From an uncultured Bacillota bacterium (GTDB taxonomy: Bacteria; Bacillota_I; Bacilli_A; RF39; UBA660), in the NCBI GenBank assembly GCA_946541645.1, contig CAMNJS010000003.1, positions 1 to 56,502 on the forward strand: a stretch of DNA of 56,502 bases, read 5' to 3'. The position numbers and the translations under genes were made by a program. Position 1 is the first letter of the stretch. Each line of letters begins with the position of its first letter. The notes below the pieces were generated by a model. It was given only the letters and a program-made list of their open reading frames with translations, did not search any database and had not been told where the DNA came from. Below are positions 1 to 8,976 of this stretch, piece by piece.

Positions 1-49
1 CGCCCTTCTAAGGCGTGGGTCGCGAGTTCGAATCTCTCCGGGGACGCCA
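1..49 (+). tRNA. tRNA-Arg(TCT), 5' end truncated by window edge
   Basis: Anticodon arm CGCC-CTTCTAA-GGCG, T-loop GTTCGAAT, encoded CCA at 47-49. Confidence 0.9.
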
Positions 50-61
50 TTTTAGATATTT

Positions 62-84
62 AAACTCTCTAACGAGAGTTTTTA
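62..84. terminator. Bidirectional intrinsic terminator between tRNA-Arg and xfp
   Basis: AAACTCTC/GAGAGTTT inverted repeat flanked by A and T tracts, between convergent genes. Confidence 0.65.
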
Positions 85-99
85 ATTTAAAAAAAATGT

Positions 100-2427
100 C
101 TATAATAAAGACACTTTTTTTATACCTTTAAAGCTCCAATCGCGAATTTCTTTCATATCTATCCCATTTTCTCGAATAAATTCACTATGTTTTTTAAGTT
201 TATCCTTCATTTCTAATATTATTTTAATACCTTCATCGCCTAAATTTAAATGTTTAACAGCATCTATAACTAAATGATACCTATCAATTTCATTTAAAAC
301 TCGCATATCAAAAGGTGTTGTTATTGTCCCCTCTTCTTGATAACCATGAACAGACATATTAAGATTTTTTCTATCATGCGTAAGTGAATATATAAGTGAA
401 GGATAACCATGAAAAGCAAATATAACAGGTTTATTAGTAGTAAAAATTTCATTATAAATATCATCAGAAAGTCCGTGTGGATGATCCTTCTTTAACTTCA
501 TTAAATCTATAACATTAACATACCTAATTTTTAAATAAGGCAACTTCTCATTTAATATTTGGGTAGCCGCAAGAGATTCAACTAAAGGCGTATCTCCAGC
601 CGACACCATAACTATATCAGGCTCATCCGTAGTGCACGTACTAGCCCAGCTCCATATACTAACACCATTATTAAAATGCTTAATAGCCTCATTCATGCTA
701 AGCCATTCGTAACTAGGATGCTTGGAAGCAACTGCCACATTAATTCTGTTTTTTGTCTTAAGCATATGATCTACAGTAACAATTAAACTATTAGAATCAA
801 ACGGTAAATATATTCTAGAAATACTTGGTTTTTTATCAGCAATATGATTTAAAAATCCAGGTTCTTGATGAGTATAACCATTATGATCCTGCTGCCAAAT
901 ATGCGAAGTTAAAATGTAATTTAAAGACGCTATATCATCTCTCCACCCTATTTCCTCACACATTTTTAACCATTTAGCATGTTGAGAAGTCATTGAATCA
1001 ACAACCCTAATAAAAGCCTCGTAACTTACAAAAAGGCCATGTCTACCGGTAAGCAAATACCCCTCAAGCATACCTTCACACATGTGTTCAGATAAATAAG
1101 AATCCATTATTTTACCATTTTTATCCAAATATTCATCATCGCTTGTCACAAGACCTTGCCAATCACGTTTTTGAACATCAAATATTCTATAAAGTCTATT
1201 TGACATAGCTTCGTCAGGACTAAACAACCTAAAATTATCATTTTTCTTATATACATCTCTTAAATACTTACTAAGTTCAAGCATATCCTCAGTTTGAAAA
1301 TTGCCACGCTTATCATAATTAGATGCATACTCATAAATATCTGGAAGTGATAATTCTTTTAAAAGCTTACCTCCATTTGAATTAGGATTTGCTCCCATTC
1401 TTCTATTACCCTTAGGTAAAAAATCCCTAATTTCTTTGTTTAATGAACCATTTTCATCAAACAATTCATCAGGCTTATAACTTTTAAGCCATTTTTCTAA
1501 CTCTAATAAATCTTCACTACTACCTATTTGTAAAGGAACTTGATGTGCCCTAAACGTACCTTCAATCTTTTTCCCTCTAAAACTCTTTGGACCAGTCCAG
1601 CCCTTAAGCGTTTTAAGAATAATCATAGGCCATAAAATATCTTTAGACCCAGATTTTATTTTCCTAATATCATCAATAACTTGGTCTAAAGTTAAATACA
1701 TTTTCTTATGCAATTCAAATGTATCATCACCCTCAACCAAATATGGATGATAACCAAGTCCATAAAATAAACTTCCAAGCTCTTTTTTACTCATCTTAGA
1801 TAAAACTGTTGGATTACTTATTTTATATCCATTCAAATTAAGTATTGGCAGTACAACCCCATCCTTCTTAGGATTTAAAAATTTTATCCCGTTCCACGAA
1901 GTCGCAAGTGGACCAGTTTCAGCTTCACCATCACCAATCACCGTTGCCACAATCAAACTAGGATTATCAAATGCCGCTCCAAAAGCATGCGCTAAAGAAT
2001 ATCCAAGTTCACCACCTTCATGAATTGAACCAGGAGTCTCTGGAGCTGCATGACTAGGAATGCCGCCAGGAAACGAAAATCTTTTAAATAATTTTCTTAA
2101 ACCATTTTCATCATATGTTATATCTTTATATATTTCACTATACGTTCCCTCTAAATATGTATTAGCTACTAAACTGTTGCCCCCGTGGCCAGGCCCAGAT
2201 ATATAAATCATGTTTAAATCATAGTCACTAATTATTCTATTTAAATGCGCATAAATAAAATTTTGAGCCGGAACCGTGCCCCAATGTCCAACTATTTTAT
2301 GCTTAATATCCTTTTCCGTAAGATGCCTTTTTAATAAGGGGTTATCAAGCAAATAAAGCTGGCAAGCAGAAAGATAATTTGCTGCATTAAAATACTTATC
2401 AATCAAACAAAGCTTATTTTCATCCAT
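100..2427 (-). CDS. xfp: Xylulose-5-phosphate/fructose-6-phosphate phosphoketolase
   Basis: Motifs GHWGT, GPGHG, PGSIHEGGELGY, GDGEAETGP (TPP binding), QQDHNGYTHQEP; 775 aa. Confidence 0.95.
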   Translation of the reverse strand: MDENKLCLIDKYFNAANYLSACQLYLLDNPLLKRHLTEKDIKHKIVGHWGTVPAQNFIYAHLNRIISDYDLNMIYISGPGHGGNSLVANTYLEGTYSEIYKDITYDENGLRKLFKRFSFPGGIPSHAAPETPGSIHEGGELGYSLAHAFGAAFDNPSLIVATVIGDGEAETGPLATSWNGIKFLNPKKDGVVLPILNLNGYKISNPTVLSKMSKKELGSLFYGLGYHPYLVEGDDTFELHKKMYLTLDQVIDDIRKIKSGSKDILWPMIILKTLKGWTGPKSFRGKKIEGTFRAHQVPLQIGSSEDLLELEKWLKSYKPDELFDENGSLNKEIRDFLPKGNRRMGANPNSNGGKLLKELSLPDIYEYASNYDKRGNFQTEDMLELSKYLRDVYKKNDNFRLFSPDEAMSNRLYRIFDVQKRDWQGLVTSDDEYLDKNGKIMDSYLSEHMCEGMLEGYLLTGRHGLFVSYEAFIRVVDSMTSQHAKWLKMCEEIGWRDDIASLNYILTSHIWQQDHNGYTHQEPGFLNHIADKKPSISRIYLPFDSNSLIVTVDHMLKTKNRINVAVASKHPSYEWLSMNEAIKHFNNGVSIWSWASTCTTDEPDIVMVSAGDTPLVESLAATQILNEKLPYLKIRYVNVIDLMKLKKDHPHGLSDDIYNEIFTTNKPVIFAFHGYPSLIYSLTHDRKNLNMSVHGYQEEGTITTPFDMRVLNEIDRYHLVIDAVKHLNLGDEGIKIILEMKDKLKKHSEFIRENGIDMKEIRDWSFKGIKKVSLL

Positions 2428-2505
2428 ATAATCCCCTCTATTCTTTTATAATTATATAATGTTTTAAAAAAAACAGCAAGTAATTTAAAAAAAATACTTA
2501 TTAAT

Positions 2506-3432
2506 TTAAGTATTTTTACATTGTCTTTGTACAGTATTTAAAAACACTTCAGTTATATCATAATTATCACACACAGAAAGAGAAATAATTTTATCTAAAG
2601 CTAAAGATATCTCGTTATTTAAATTATAATTATCACTAAATTCTAATCGCATTACATTTTGATTAAGTTCCTTAGAAACAAGTTTAATATCATTATCCAT
2701 AAAACTCATAAGATGCCTATTAGGATTAAAACTTAGCGTAAGCTCATCGACAATTATATCAATTTTATCTCTACTATCATTTAAATATTTAGTAACCGGA
2801 ACATAATAATAATTTTCATTTATTTGATTTATATAATATATTGTAACATCGACAATATCTTTAGTGTTAGTAAGGTTAAATTCCTTATTTATTCCAAAAG
2901 ATCTGTCTAAAGTACTAGGTAAATTAATTTTCGTCTTCGGAAGCTTAGTTAATATATCCCCCTCAACATAAATTATTATTTTATCAACTTTATCAATTGA
3001 AGTTAAAGTGTAAACAATAGCCTCAATCATTTTCTCCTCTAAATCTTTTTCAATATCAAGTAAATCCTTAGAAAAATCAACTTTAAGTACATTTCTATCA
3101 TAGCTTAAACTCAAAACCTCAGTATCCGGAGGAATAATCGCACTAAAACCACTAGGAACCTTACTTTCCATACCACCAACGGTAAGTATTTTAATAAGTT
3201 CCCGTGCTCTACTTTCTATACTACTATTAGAAACAGGAGCTTCAGTTAAAGCTACATAACTATTTTGGTCCATCAAAAATATAGGTAAACTAACTAAAGA
3301 AGAATCAACATATTCCAATTCCTCTTTAACATTTAATTTTGGAACATTTGCAGGAATCAAATATATTAAAAATAAAGCAAACAACGCTGCAAAAGACAAA
3401 CACATTTTCCTTATCGATATTCTTTTAAGCAT
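2506..3432 (-). CDS. gerM: GerM-like spore protein (tandem GerMN domains)
   Basis: N-terminal membrane anchor; IIPPDTEVLSL...VDFSKDLL...EAIVYTLT...VEG GerMN pattern; YYVPVT; adjacent to gerE. Confidence 0.8.
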   Translation of the reverse strand: MLKRISIRKMCLSFAALFALFLIYLIPANVPKLNVKEELEYVDSSLVSLPIFLMDQNSYVALTEAPVSNSSIESRARELIKILTVGGMESKVPSGFSAIIPPDTEVLSLSYDRNVLKVDFSKDLLDIEKDLEEKMIEAIVYTLTSIDKVDKIIIYVEGDILTKLPKTKINLPSTLDRSFGINKEFNLTNTKDIVDVTIYYINQINENYYYVPVTKYLNDSRDKIDIIVDELTLSFNPNRHLMSFMDNDIKLVSKELNQNVMRLEFSDNYNLNNEISLALDKIISLSVCDNYDITEVFLNTVQRQCKNT

Positions 3433-3447
3433 AATACCACCTACTTA

Positions 3448-3476
3448 ATGATATGAAAAAAAAGGCCATTTATAAC
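3448..3476 (-). promoter_or_regulatory. sigE-like promoter of gerM
   Basis: Minus strand GTTATA-15 nt-CATATCAT directly upstream of an AGGTGG RBS. Confidence 0.5.
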
Positions 3477-3479
3477 CTT

Positions 3480-3686
3480 TTATAATGATAATTCGCCAAG
3501 TCTTAGTAATTCAATCACAGCACCAGCACGACCTTTTACGCCGAGTTTTTGCATAGCATTTGAAATATGATTTCTCACAGTTTTATCACTTATTTTTAGT
3601 ATTGAAGCAATTTCACTAGTACTATTATTTTTCATAAGTAATTCAAACACTTCACGCTCTCTTTTAGTTAAAATACTATTTGTCAT
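3480..3686 (-). CDS. gerE: Spore coat transcription regulator GerE (LuxR-type HTH)
   Basis: LTKREREVFELL...SDKTVRNHISNAMQKLGVKGR..AVIELLRLGELSL closely matches Bacillus GerE. Confidence 0.93.
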   Translation of the reverse strand: MTNSILTKREREVFELLMKNNSTSEIASILKISDKTVRNHISNAMQKLGVKGRAGAVIELLRLGELSL

Positions 3687-3732
3687 ATTTCCCTCACTTT
3701 CTTAAGTCGGGTGGCTTATACTTACTCATAAA

Positions 3733-3760
3733 TACTATATGCCAAAGACTTTCTTAAGTG
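3733..3760 (-). promoter_or_regulatory. sigK-like promoter of gerE
   Basis: Minus strand CAC-16 nt-CATATAGTA fits AC-N16-CATAnnnTA; gerE is sigK-dependent in B. subtilis. Confidence 0.55.
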
Positions 3761-3797
3761 AAAATAAAAGCCCAAAAAACTTTCCATAAAAGAAAGT

Positions 3798-4298
3798 TTA
3801 TTTTTGAAATTTAACTGATATAGACATTGGCAAATCAAAATTAGATTGAACAAGTCTCATAATTTTATTTGCCACACCAGCATCATGCTTTTTACTATCA
3901 ACTGTAACTGTAGCATTACTATTTTCAATACTAATAAAAGATTTATAACCTAATTCTTTTTCTATTTTACTCTCTATTTGCTCCTCTAAAGATCTATTTT
4001 TATTAAGCTTTTGAAGTTCTTCAAAAGCCTTATTTTTTTCTTCAGTAGTAGCCTTAGAATTAGTAAGAATCTTCTTAAGCTCTGTTATCTTATCAAGCAT
4101 TTTTTCTTCAGATTCAACCCTCAAAGCTACAAGCTCCGCACTTTCTAAAGGCTCTTCAGTAACCGTCACCTCTTCAGTTTTCTTACTACCATTATTAGTT
4201 GCCATTAAAAGTTCACTAGGCATAGTTATATAATATACACTAAGCACTAATATCAAACTAAACAAAGTTAAAAACCACAAACTCCTTTTGTTAATCAT
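3798..4298 (-). CDS. spoIIIAH: Stage III sporulation protein AH
   Basis: MINKRSLWFLTLFSLILVLSVYYI N-terminus typical of SpoIIIAH; coiled coil, then LEEQIESKI..LGY..FI....ATVTV ring-building-motif region. Confidence 0.85.
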   Translation of the reverse strand: MINKRSLWFLTLFSLILVLSVYYITMPSELLMATNNGSKKTEEVTVTEEPLESAELVALRVESEEKMLDKITELKKILTNSKATTEEKNKAFEELQKLNKNRSLEEQIESKIEKELGYKSFISIENSNATVTVDSKKHDAGVANKIMRLVQSNFDLPMSISVKFQK

Positions 4299-4327
4299 TA
4301 TTATCCCTCCTAGTCCCTCTTTAATAA

Positions 4328-4356
4328 ATAATACGTAGTATTATTTACTTTATGAC
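4328..4356 (-). promoter_or_regulatory. sigE-like promoter of spoIIIAH
   Basis: Minus strand GTCATA-15 nt-CGTATTAT upstream of an AGGAGG RBS. Confidence 0.45.
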
Positions 4357-4367
4357 AACAAATTAAT

Positions 4368-5345
4368 TTATTTTCTTAATTTACCACTCTTAAGCAAATT
4401 TAATAATTTCAAATTTTGTGAAGACGTTCCTTTATAATTAACAATACCATTGTTTGCCGCAATAATTTTTCGGTTATTAAAAGAAGAATCAACACCTATC
4501 CCCTTCAAAGCATCAACAAACGAAAGACCTTTATAATTAGACGAATAATAACTACTATCACCTCTTAAAGCATTTAATAAATTCATATTTTGCGATGAAC
4601 TTCCTTTATAAGTATCACTAAAGCCTAACTTTTTATAAAGCTCTTTTCTTGCGGCAAGTGAACTATCAAAACCAGAGCCTTTTAAAGCATCAACAATAGA
4701 AGTTCCTGTATAGCCACTTAAATCAGGCAAATCACTTACACCATCACTACCACCAGTGCTTACAAAAATATTTCTATATAAATAATCCATATCTACATTA
4801 CCACTAATTCCACTGACTCTTCCCGAAGAAGTATACTGCCACATATCATACTTTCCTTTATATGTATTAGTATTATTATATTGAGCAACCCATATAGTAT
4901 ATTTTTTCTCGAGTTTTTTATAATCTAAATAAGTTGTAAAAAAATACTTATTAGCGTATATACCAGCCCAATAACCAGCCTTTTCTATTTTTTCACAAAA
5001 AGCCTCACACATACTAGTCAAAGTATTTTTACCTAAATTAATTTGTGATTTATCCTCGATATCAAAATATACCGGTAAATTTAACCCCCTTCCATTAAGC
5101 CACTTAATAACAACATCTGCCTCTTTCTTAGCATCACTTACACTTTTTGCATAAGAATAATGATAAATGCCTATTGGAACATTTTCATTTTTAAAGCCTT
5201 CATAATTTTCCTCAAACTTAGGGTCTTTTTGACTTTCATACCTGCCATACCCAATCCTTATAATTACAAAATCTATATAATTCTTAACTTTAGCAAAATT
5301 AATATTTCCTTGATATTTAGAAACATCTATTCCTTTATATTTCAT
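4368..5345 (-). CDS. GH25 lysozyme/muramidase with two C-terminal DUF3597-like repeats
   Basis: GIDVSKYQG, PVYFDIED, WVAQY, WQYTSSG, VDMD GH25 motifs; SIVDALK..DSS..ARK...YKG.SSQN..LLN repeated twice. Confidence 0.88.
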   Translation of the reverse strand: MKYKGIDVSKYQGNINFAKVKNYIDFVIIRIGYGRYESQKDPKFEENYEGFKNENVPIGIYHYSYAKSVSDAKKEADVVIKWLNGRGLNLPVYFDIEDKSQINLGKNTLTSMCEAFCEKIEKAGYWAGIYANKYFFTTYLDYKKLEKKYTIWVAQYNNTNTYKGKYDMWQYTSSGRVSGISGNVDMDYLYRNIFVSTGGSDGVSDLPDLSGYTGTSIVDALKGSGFDSSLAARKELYKKLGFSDTYKGSSSQNMNLLNALRGDSSYYSSNYKGLSFVDALKGIGVDSSFNNRKIIAANNGIVNYKGTSSQNLKLLNLLKSGKLRK

Positions 5346-5406
5346 AATTTACCTCCTACAATTATATATGAAAAATAAAAAAAATAGAAACAATTTATAA
5401 CTATTA

Positions 5407-5431
5407 AAAAACCGCCTAAGCGGTTTATTTT
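5407..5431 (-). terminator. Terminator downstream of tRNA-Ser
   Basis: AAACCGC-CTAA-GCGGTTT hairpin with flanking A/T tracts. Confidence 0.7.
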
Positions 5432-5435
5432 TAAA

Positions 5436-5526
5436 TGGCGGAGCAGGAGGGATTTGAACCCTCGCGCCGGTTACCCGACCTACACCCTTAGCAGGGGCGC
5501 CTCTTCAGCCTCTTGAGTACTACTCC
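5436..5526 (-). tRNA. tRNA-Ser(GCT)
   Basis: GGAGTAG...CTGCTCC-GCCA cloverleaf, anticodon loop CTGCTAA, long variable arm, 91 nt. Confidence 0.95.
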
Positions 5527-5607
5527 ATCAAGACTACGACTATAATTTTACCTTAATTATTAATTACTGTCAAGATTATAAATAAAAAAAGAAGTTTTAA
5601 ACTCCTT

Positions 5608-6288
5608 TTATGAAAATATTTTTGTAATTATAAATATAACAACATAAAAAATTACATTAGTAGTTAAATATATATAACCATATTTATTTTCATCTTTATC
5701 ACCCAAAAATTTAATTCCATGATAGCTATAAACCGCACTTAGCATAAAACCTAACATAGTAACAATAAATGCGAATGTAACATTTAAAAACATAAGTACA
5801 GAACTAACAAGTAAAACTACTGAATTAATGATAGAAGTAACCCCATATAAAGCATATACTTCTTTAAAATCTGCAGCTCTTTTAAATATTTTAGAATTAA
5901 CTAAATACAAAATACCTACATAAATAAATGATAAAGCAAATAAAGTAACAAGAACTATAAAAAACGTCTTAGCATAAGGTAAATTTGCAGATATACCATA
6001 TGAATAATAACCAGATCCCATACTTGCAGTAACCATTGAATAAGCGTTTTTCATCATTGACATAGTAAATAGTCCAGTTACCACAGCCAAAATACCAACT
6101 AAAACCATAGCTAAGTTAAAATTACTCTTCTTAGCAAAATCCTTCATTGTATCAATAGGTTTTATAAACATTCCCTTACATATATCCAATAATTTTTGAA
6201 CATCTAAATTATACATAGCAGATGGTGTACAGTCACATTTTTCTCCATCATTTAATTTTCTTCCACAATTTGTACAAAATTTAGCCAT
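5608..6288 (-). CDS. Zinc-ribbon plus multi-pass (Yip1-like) membrane protein
   Basis: N-terminal FCTNCG...CDC; about 5 hydrophobic segments. Confidence 0.6.
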   Translation of the reverse strand: MAKFCTNCGRKLNDGEKCDCTPSAMYNLDVQKLLDICKGMFIKPIDTMKDFAKKSNFNLAMVLVGILAVVTGLFTMSMMKNAYSMVTASMGSGYYSYGISANLPYAKTFFIVLVTLFALSFIYVGILYLVNSKIFKRAADFKEVYALYGVTSIINSVVLLVSSVLMFLNVTFAFIVTMLGFMLSAVYSYHGIKFLGDKDENKYGYIYLTTNVIFYVVIFIITKIFS

Positions 6289-6306
6289 TTTTTAAACACA
6301 CTCCTT

Positions 6307-7485
6307 CTAAAATAAACTAAAATATTTTGGAAAACTTGAAATACTAACAAGCTTATATTTTCCATTTACATAATCAAAATCCAAATAAATTGTATCATTT
6401 ACTTTCTTCGTATTTTTTCTCTCTTCACCTAGCCAAGTCTTAGTAACAGTATACTCATAATTAAATTTAGCTGTGACAGAAACATATGAACCATTAAGTT
6501 TCGTGCTGGTAATGTTAACATTTTTAACATCTAGTTTTGTAAGACCACAAGCATTTACCCCAGAAACAATATACCCATATTCTCGCTCTAAGCCATCAAG
6601 ATTAGCGCCATCATAGTCATACTCTTTTTTAATATCCGAAAACGCCTTTTTTTCGGTAGCGCTTTGATATAAAGAATTAATCATATCTGGAAGTAATTTT
6701 TCAATTTTAGTCTGCTCATCTTTTGATACATTCAAATTAGTTAAATCAACATTAATATTATTAATATTAATATTACTATTTAATGAAAGCCCATTTTTTA
6801 GTGTAACAACGACATCATAATTGCCTTTAAGTAAAGCTGGAATAACATACTTATTATAAGTATCATTAGAATCTTTAGCTAAATACTTTTTAGTTAATTT
6901 TATATTCTGAATACTAACAGTCGCATCTTTAGGAGCCGTAATCATTACATTACTTAATAATAAAAAATTATCATTACTAATTTCCCAGTTATCAAAAAAT
7001 AAAAACTTATTTTTCTTATTTTTATTAAGACTAATAACAAAACTACTTTCGGTTTTATCACCCTTTTTAATATAATTGATAACAACCCGAGATGTAAGCG
7101 CATTAGAATCCACTTTACTTATAGAATAATTGATAATATCTTGCCCTGATAAATCTGCAACCTTTTTAAACATTTTTTTACTAGTAAACCCAGAATTATC
7201 AACATTCAAATAACCATAAAGCTTATCAGCATTACCACTTGAGACAGCTAAAAAATAATCCTTAGCAATGCTTTCAGGTTTAAACTTATTAGATAAAAAA
7301 GCAAAACAACAAGCTGAAACAATGACAATAGCTAAAACAAAGCCAAATATCATCTTTGTTTTTTTATCAAAGGGTTTTCTTACTTTATCCTTATTATTTG
7401 AAACCAGTTTAACACCGCAATCCTCGCAAAACTTAGCACCCTTAACATTCTTTTTGCCACATTCCTGACAAAACATAAAGCCCAT
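6307..7485 (-). CDS. Zinc-ribbon membrane-anchored protein, TcaA-like
   Basis: FCQECG...AKFCEDCG, single TM helix, KFLFFDNWEI motif, large extracellular region. Confidence 0.6.
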   Translation of the reverse strand: MGFMFCQECGKKNVKGAKFCEDCGVKLVSNNKDKVRKPFDKKTKMIFGFVLAIVIVSACCFAFLSNKFKPESIAKDYFLAVSSGNADKLYGYLNVDNSGFTSKKMFKKVADLSGQDIINYSISKVDSNALTSRVVINYIKKGDKTESSFVISLNKNKKNKFLFFDNWEISNDNFLLLSNVMITAPKDATVSIQNIKLTKKYLAKDSNDTYNKYVIPALLKGNYDVVVTLKNGLSLNSNININNINVDLTNLNVSKDEQTKIEKLLPDMINSLYQSATEKKAFSDIKKEYDYDGANLDGLEREYGYIVSGVNACGLTKLDVKNVNITSTKLNGSYVSVTAKFNYEYTVTKTWLGEERKNTKKVNDTIYLDFDYVNGKYKLVSISSFPKYFSLF

Positions 7486-7582
7486 TTCCTTTCTAAAAGA
7501 ATAAAATTCTTTACCATATTATAGCATATTTTATAACTTTTAGAACAAATTTAAAAAAGATTTCAAATTAATGAAAATCTTT

Positions 7583-8965
7583 TTAATATAAACAGTTACC
7601 CGGTGTTCTTGGAAATGCACTAACATCTCTTATATTATCCATACCAGTCATATACATCAATAATCTTTCAAAGCCCATTCCAAAACCTGAATGAACCGTC
7701 GTTCCATATTTTCTAAGATTCATATACCAAATATATTCATCTTTGTTCATTCCAAGTTCTTCAATACGTTTACCTAATTTATCAAAATCATCTTCCCTTT
7801 GGCTCATACCATAAGTTTCACCAATTCCTGGCATTTCCAAATCTGCATTAGCTACAGTTCCATCATCCATCTGCTTCATATAAAAACACTTCTTAACTTT
7901 AGCTGGCCAGTATGTTATAAAAACAGGACAGTTATAGTATTCAGTAATATATCTTTCATGTTCTTTTGCTAAATCTTCACCATACTCAGGTTTAAACTGA
8001 AAATCGACATCAGCTTTTTTAAGTATTTCAATACATTCCTTGTAAGTAGCTCTAACAAATTTACTATTAACAACTGTATTTAACTTATCTAAAAGACCAT
8101 TTTCAACATTCTTATCTAAAAAAGCAAATTCATCTGGGCATTTTTCTAAAGTATAACTAATAACATACTTCATCAAGTCTTCAGAAATATCCATAATCCC
8201 TTCTAAATCGCAAAATGCAACTTCAGGCTCAATCTGCCAAAATTCAGCTATATGTAAAGGAGTATGAGACGGATCCGCTCTAAAAGTAGGACCAAATGTA
8301 TAAATCTTACTAAAAGCTTGAGCAAAAGCTTCCCCTTCAAACTGTCCAGAAACAGTAAGTCCTACAGGTGTTCCAAAATATTCATTATCATTATTTGTCT
8401 TTCCAGTTTTAGCTATTTCTTCAAGATTTTGAGTTGTTACCTGAAACATCTCACCAGCACCCTCACAATCACTTGACGTAAAAATAGGAGTGTTTGCATA
8501 AATATAACCTCTATCCTGGAAAAACTTATGAATAGCCATAGAAGCAACACTTCTTATTCTAAATACAGCTTGAAAAGTATTAGTTCTAAATCTTAAATAA
8601 GACTGTTCCCTTAAAAATTCCATAGAATGTTTTTTCTGCTGTATAGGATAGTCCTCAGGACAGTCACCATGAAGCACTATATCAGTAACTTTTACTTCAT
8701 AATCTTGGCCCTTTCCCATAGATTCAATTAATTCACCTTCAACCTCTATCGCACTACTAATACGAAACTTTTGAATATCTTCAAAATTTGAAAGGGTATT
8801 ATCATAAACAAGTTGAAGTTGTCTAAAGGCCGTTCCATCAGAAAAATATATAAAACCAAAATTCTTCTGTTTACGGTGGTTTCTTATCCAACCTTTTAAT
8901 TTAATTTTTTTTCCTAAATATTTTTTTTCATCCTTATATAACTCATCCAAATATATATAATCCAT
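7583..8965 (-). CDS. asnS: Asparagine--tRNA ligase (divergent motif 2 loop)
   Basis: OB-fold N-terminus (GWIRNHR..FIYFSDGT), CEGAGEMF, LTVSGQ, YTFGPTFRA, EFWQIEPE, HSGFGMGFERL, NIRDV..FPR. Confidence 0.92.
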   Translation of the reverse strand: MDYIYLDELYKDEKKYLGKKIKLKGWIRNHRKQKNFGFIYFSDGTAFRQLQLVYDNTLSNFEDIQKFRISSAIEVEGELIESMGKGQDYEVKVTDIVLHGDCPEDYPIQQKKHSMEFLREQSYLRFRTNTFQAVFRIRSVASMAIHKFFQDRGYIYANTPIFTSSDCEGAGEMFQVTTQNLEEIAKTGKTNNDNEYFGTPVGLTVSGQFEGEAFAQAFSKIYTFGPTFRADPSHTPLHIAEFWQIEPEVAFCDLEGIMDISEDLMKYVISYTLEKCPDEFAFLDKNVENGLLDKLNTVVNSKFVRATYKECIEILKKADVDFQFKPEYGEDLAKEHERYITEYYNCPVFITYWPAKVKKCFYMKQMDDGTVANADLEMPGIGETYGMSQREDDFDKLGKRIEELGMNKDEYIWYMNLRKYGTTVHSGFGMGFERLLMYMTGMDNIRDVSAFPRTPGNCLY

Positions 8966-8976
8966 ATTATCACTCC

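Noticed and set aside
4368-7485. Prophage at tRNA-Ser
   Set aside because: No integrase, structural genes, holin or duplicated tRNA 3' end seen.
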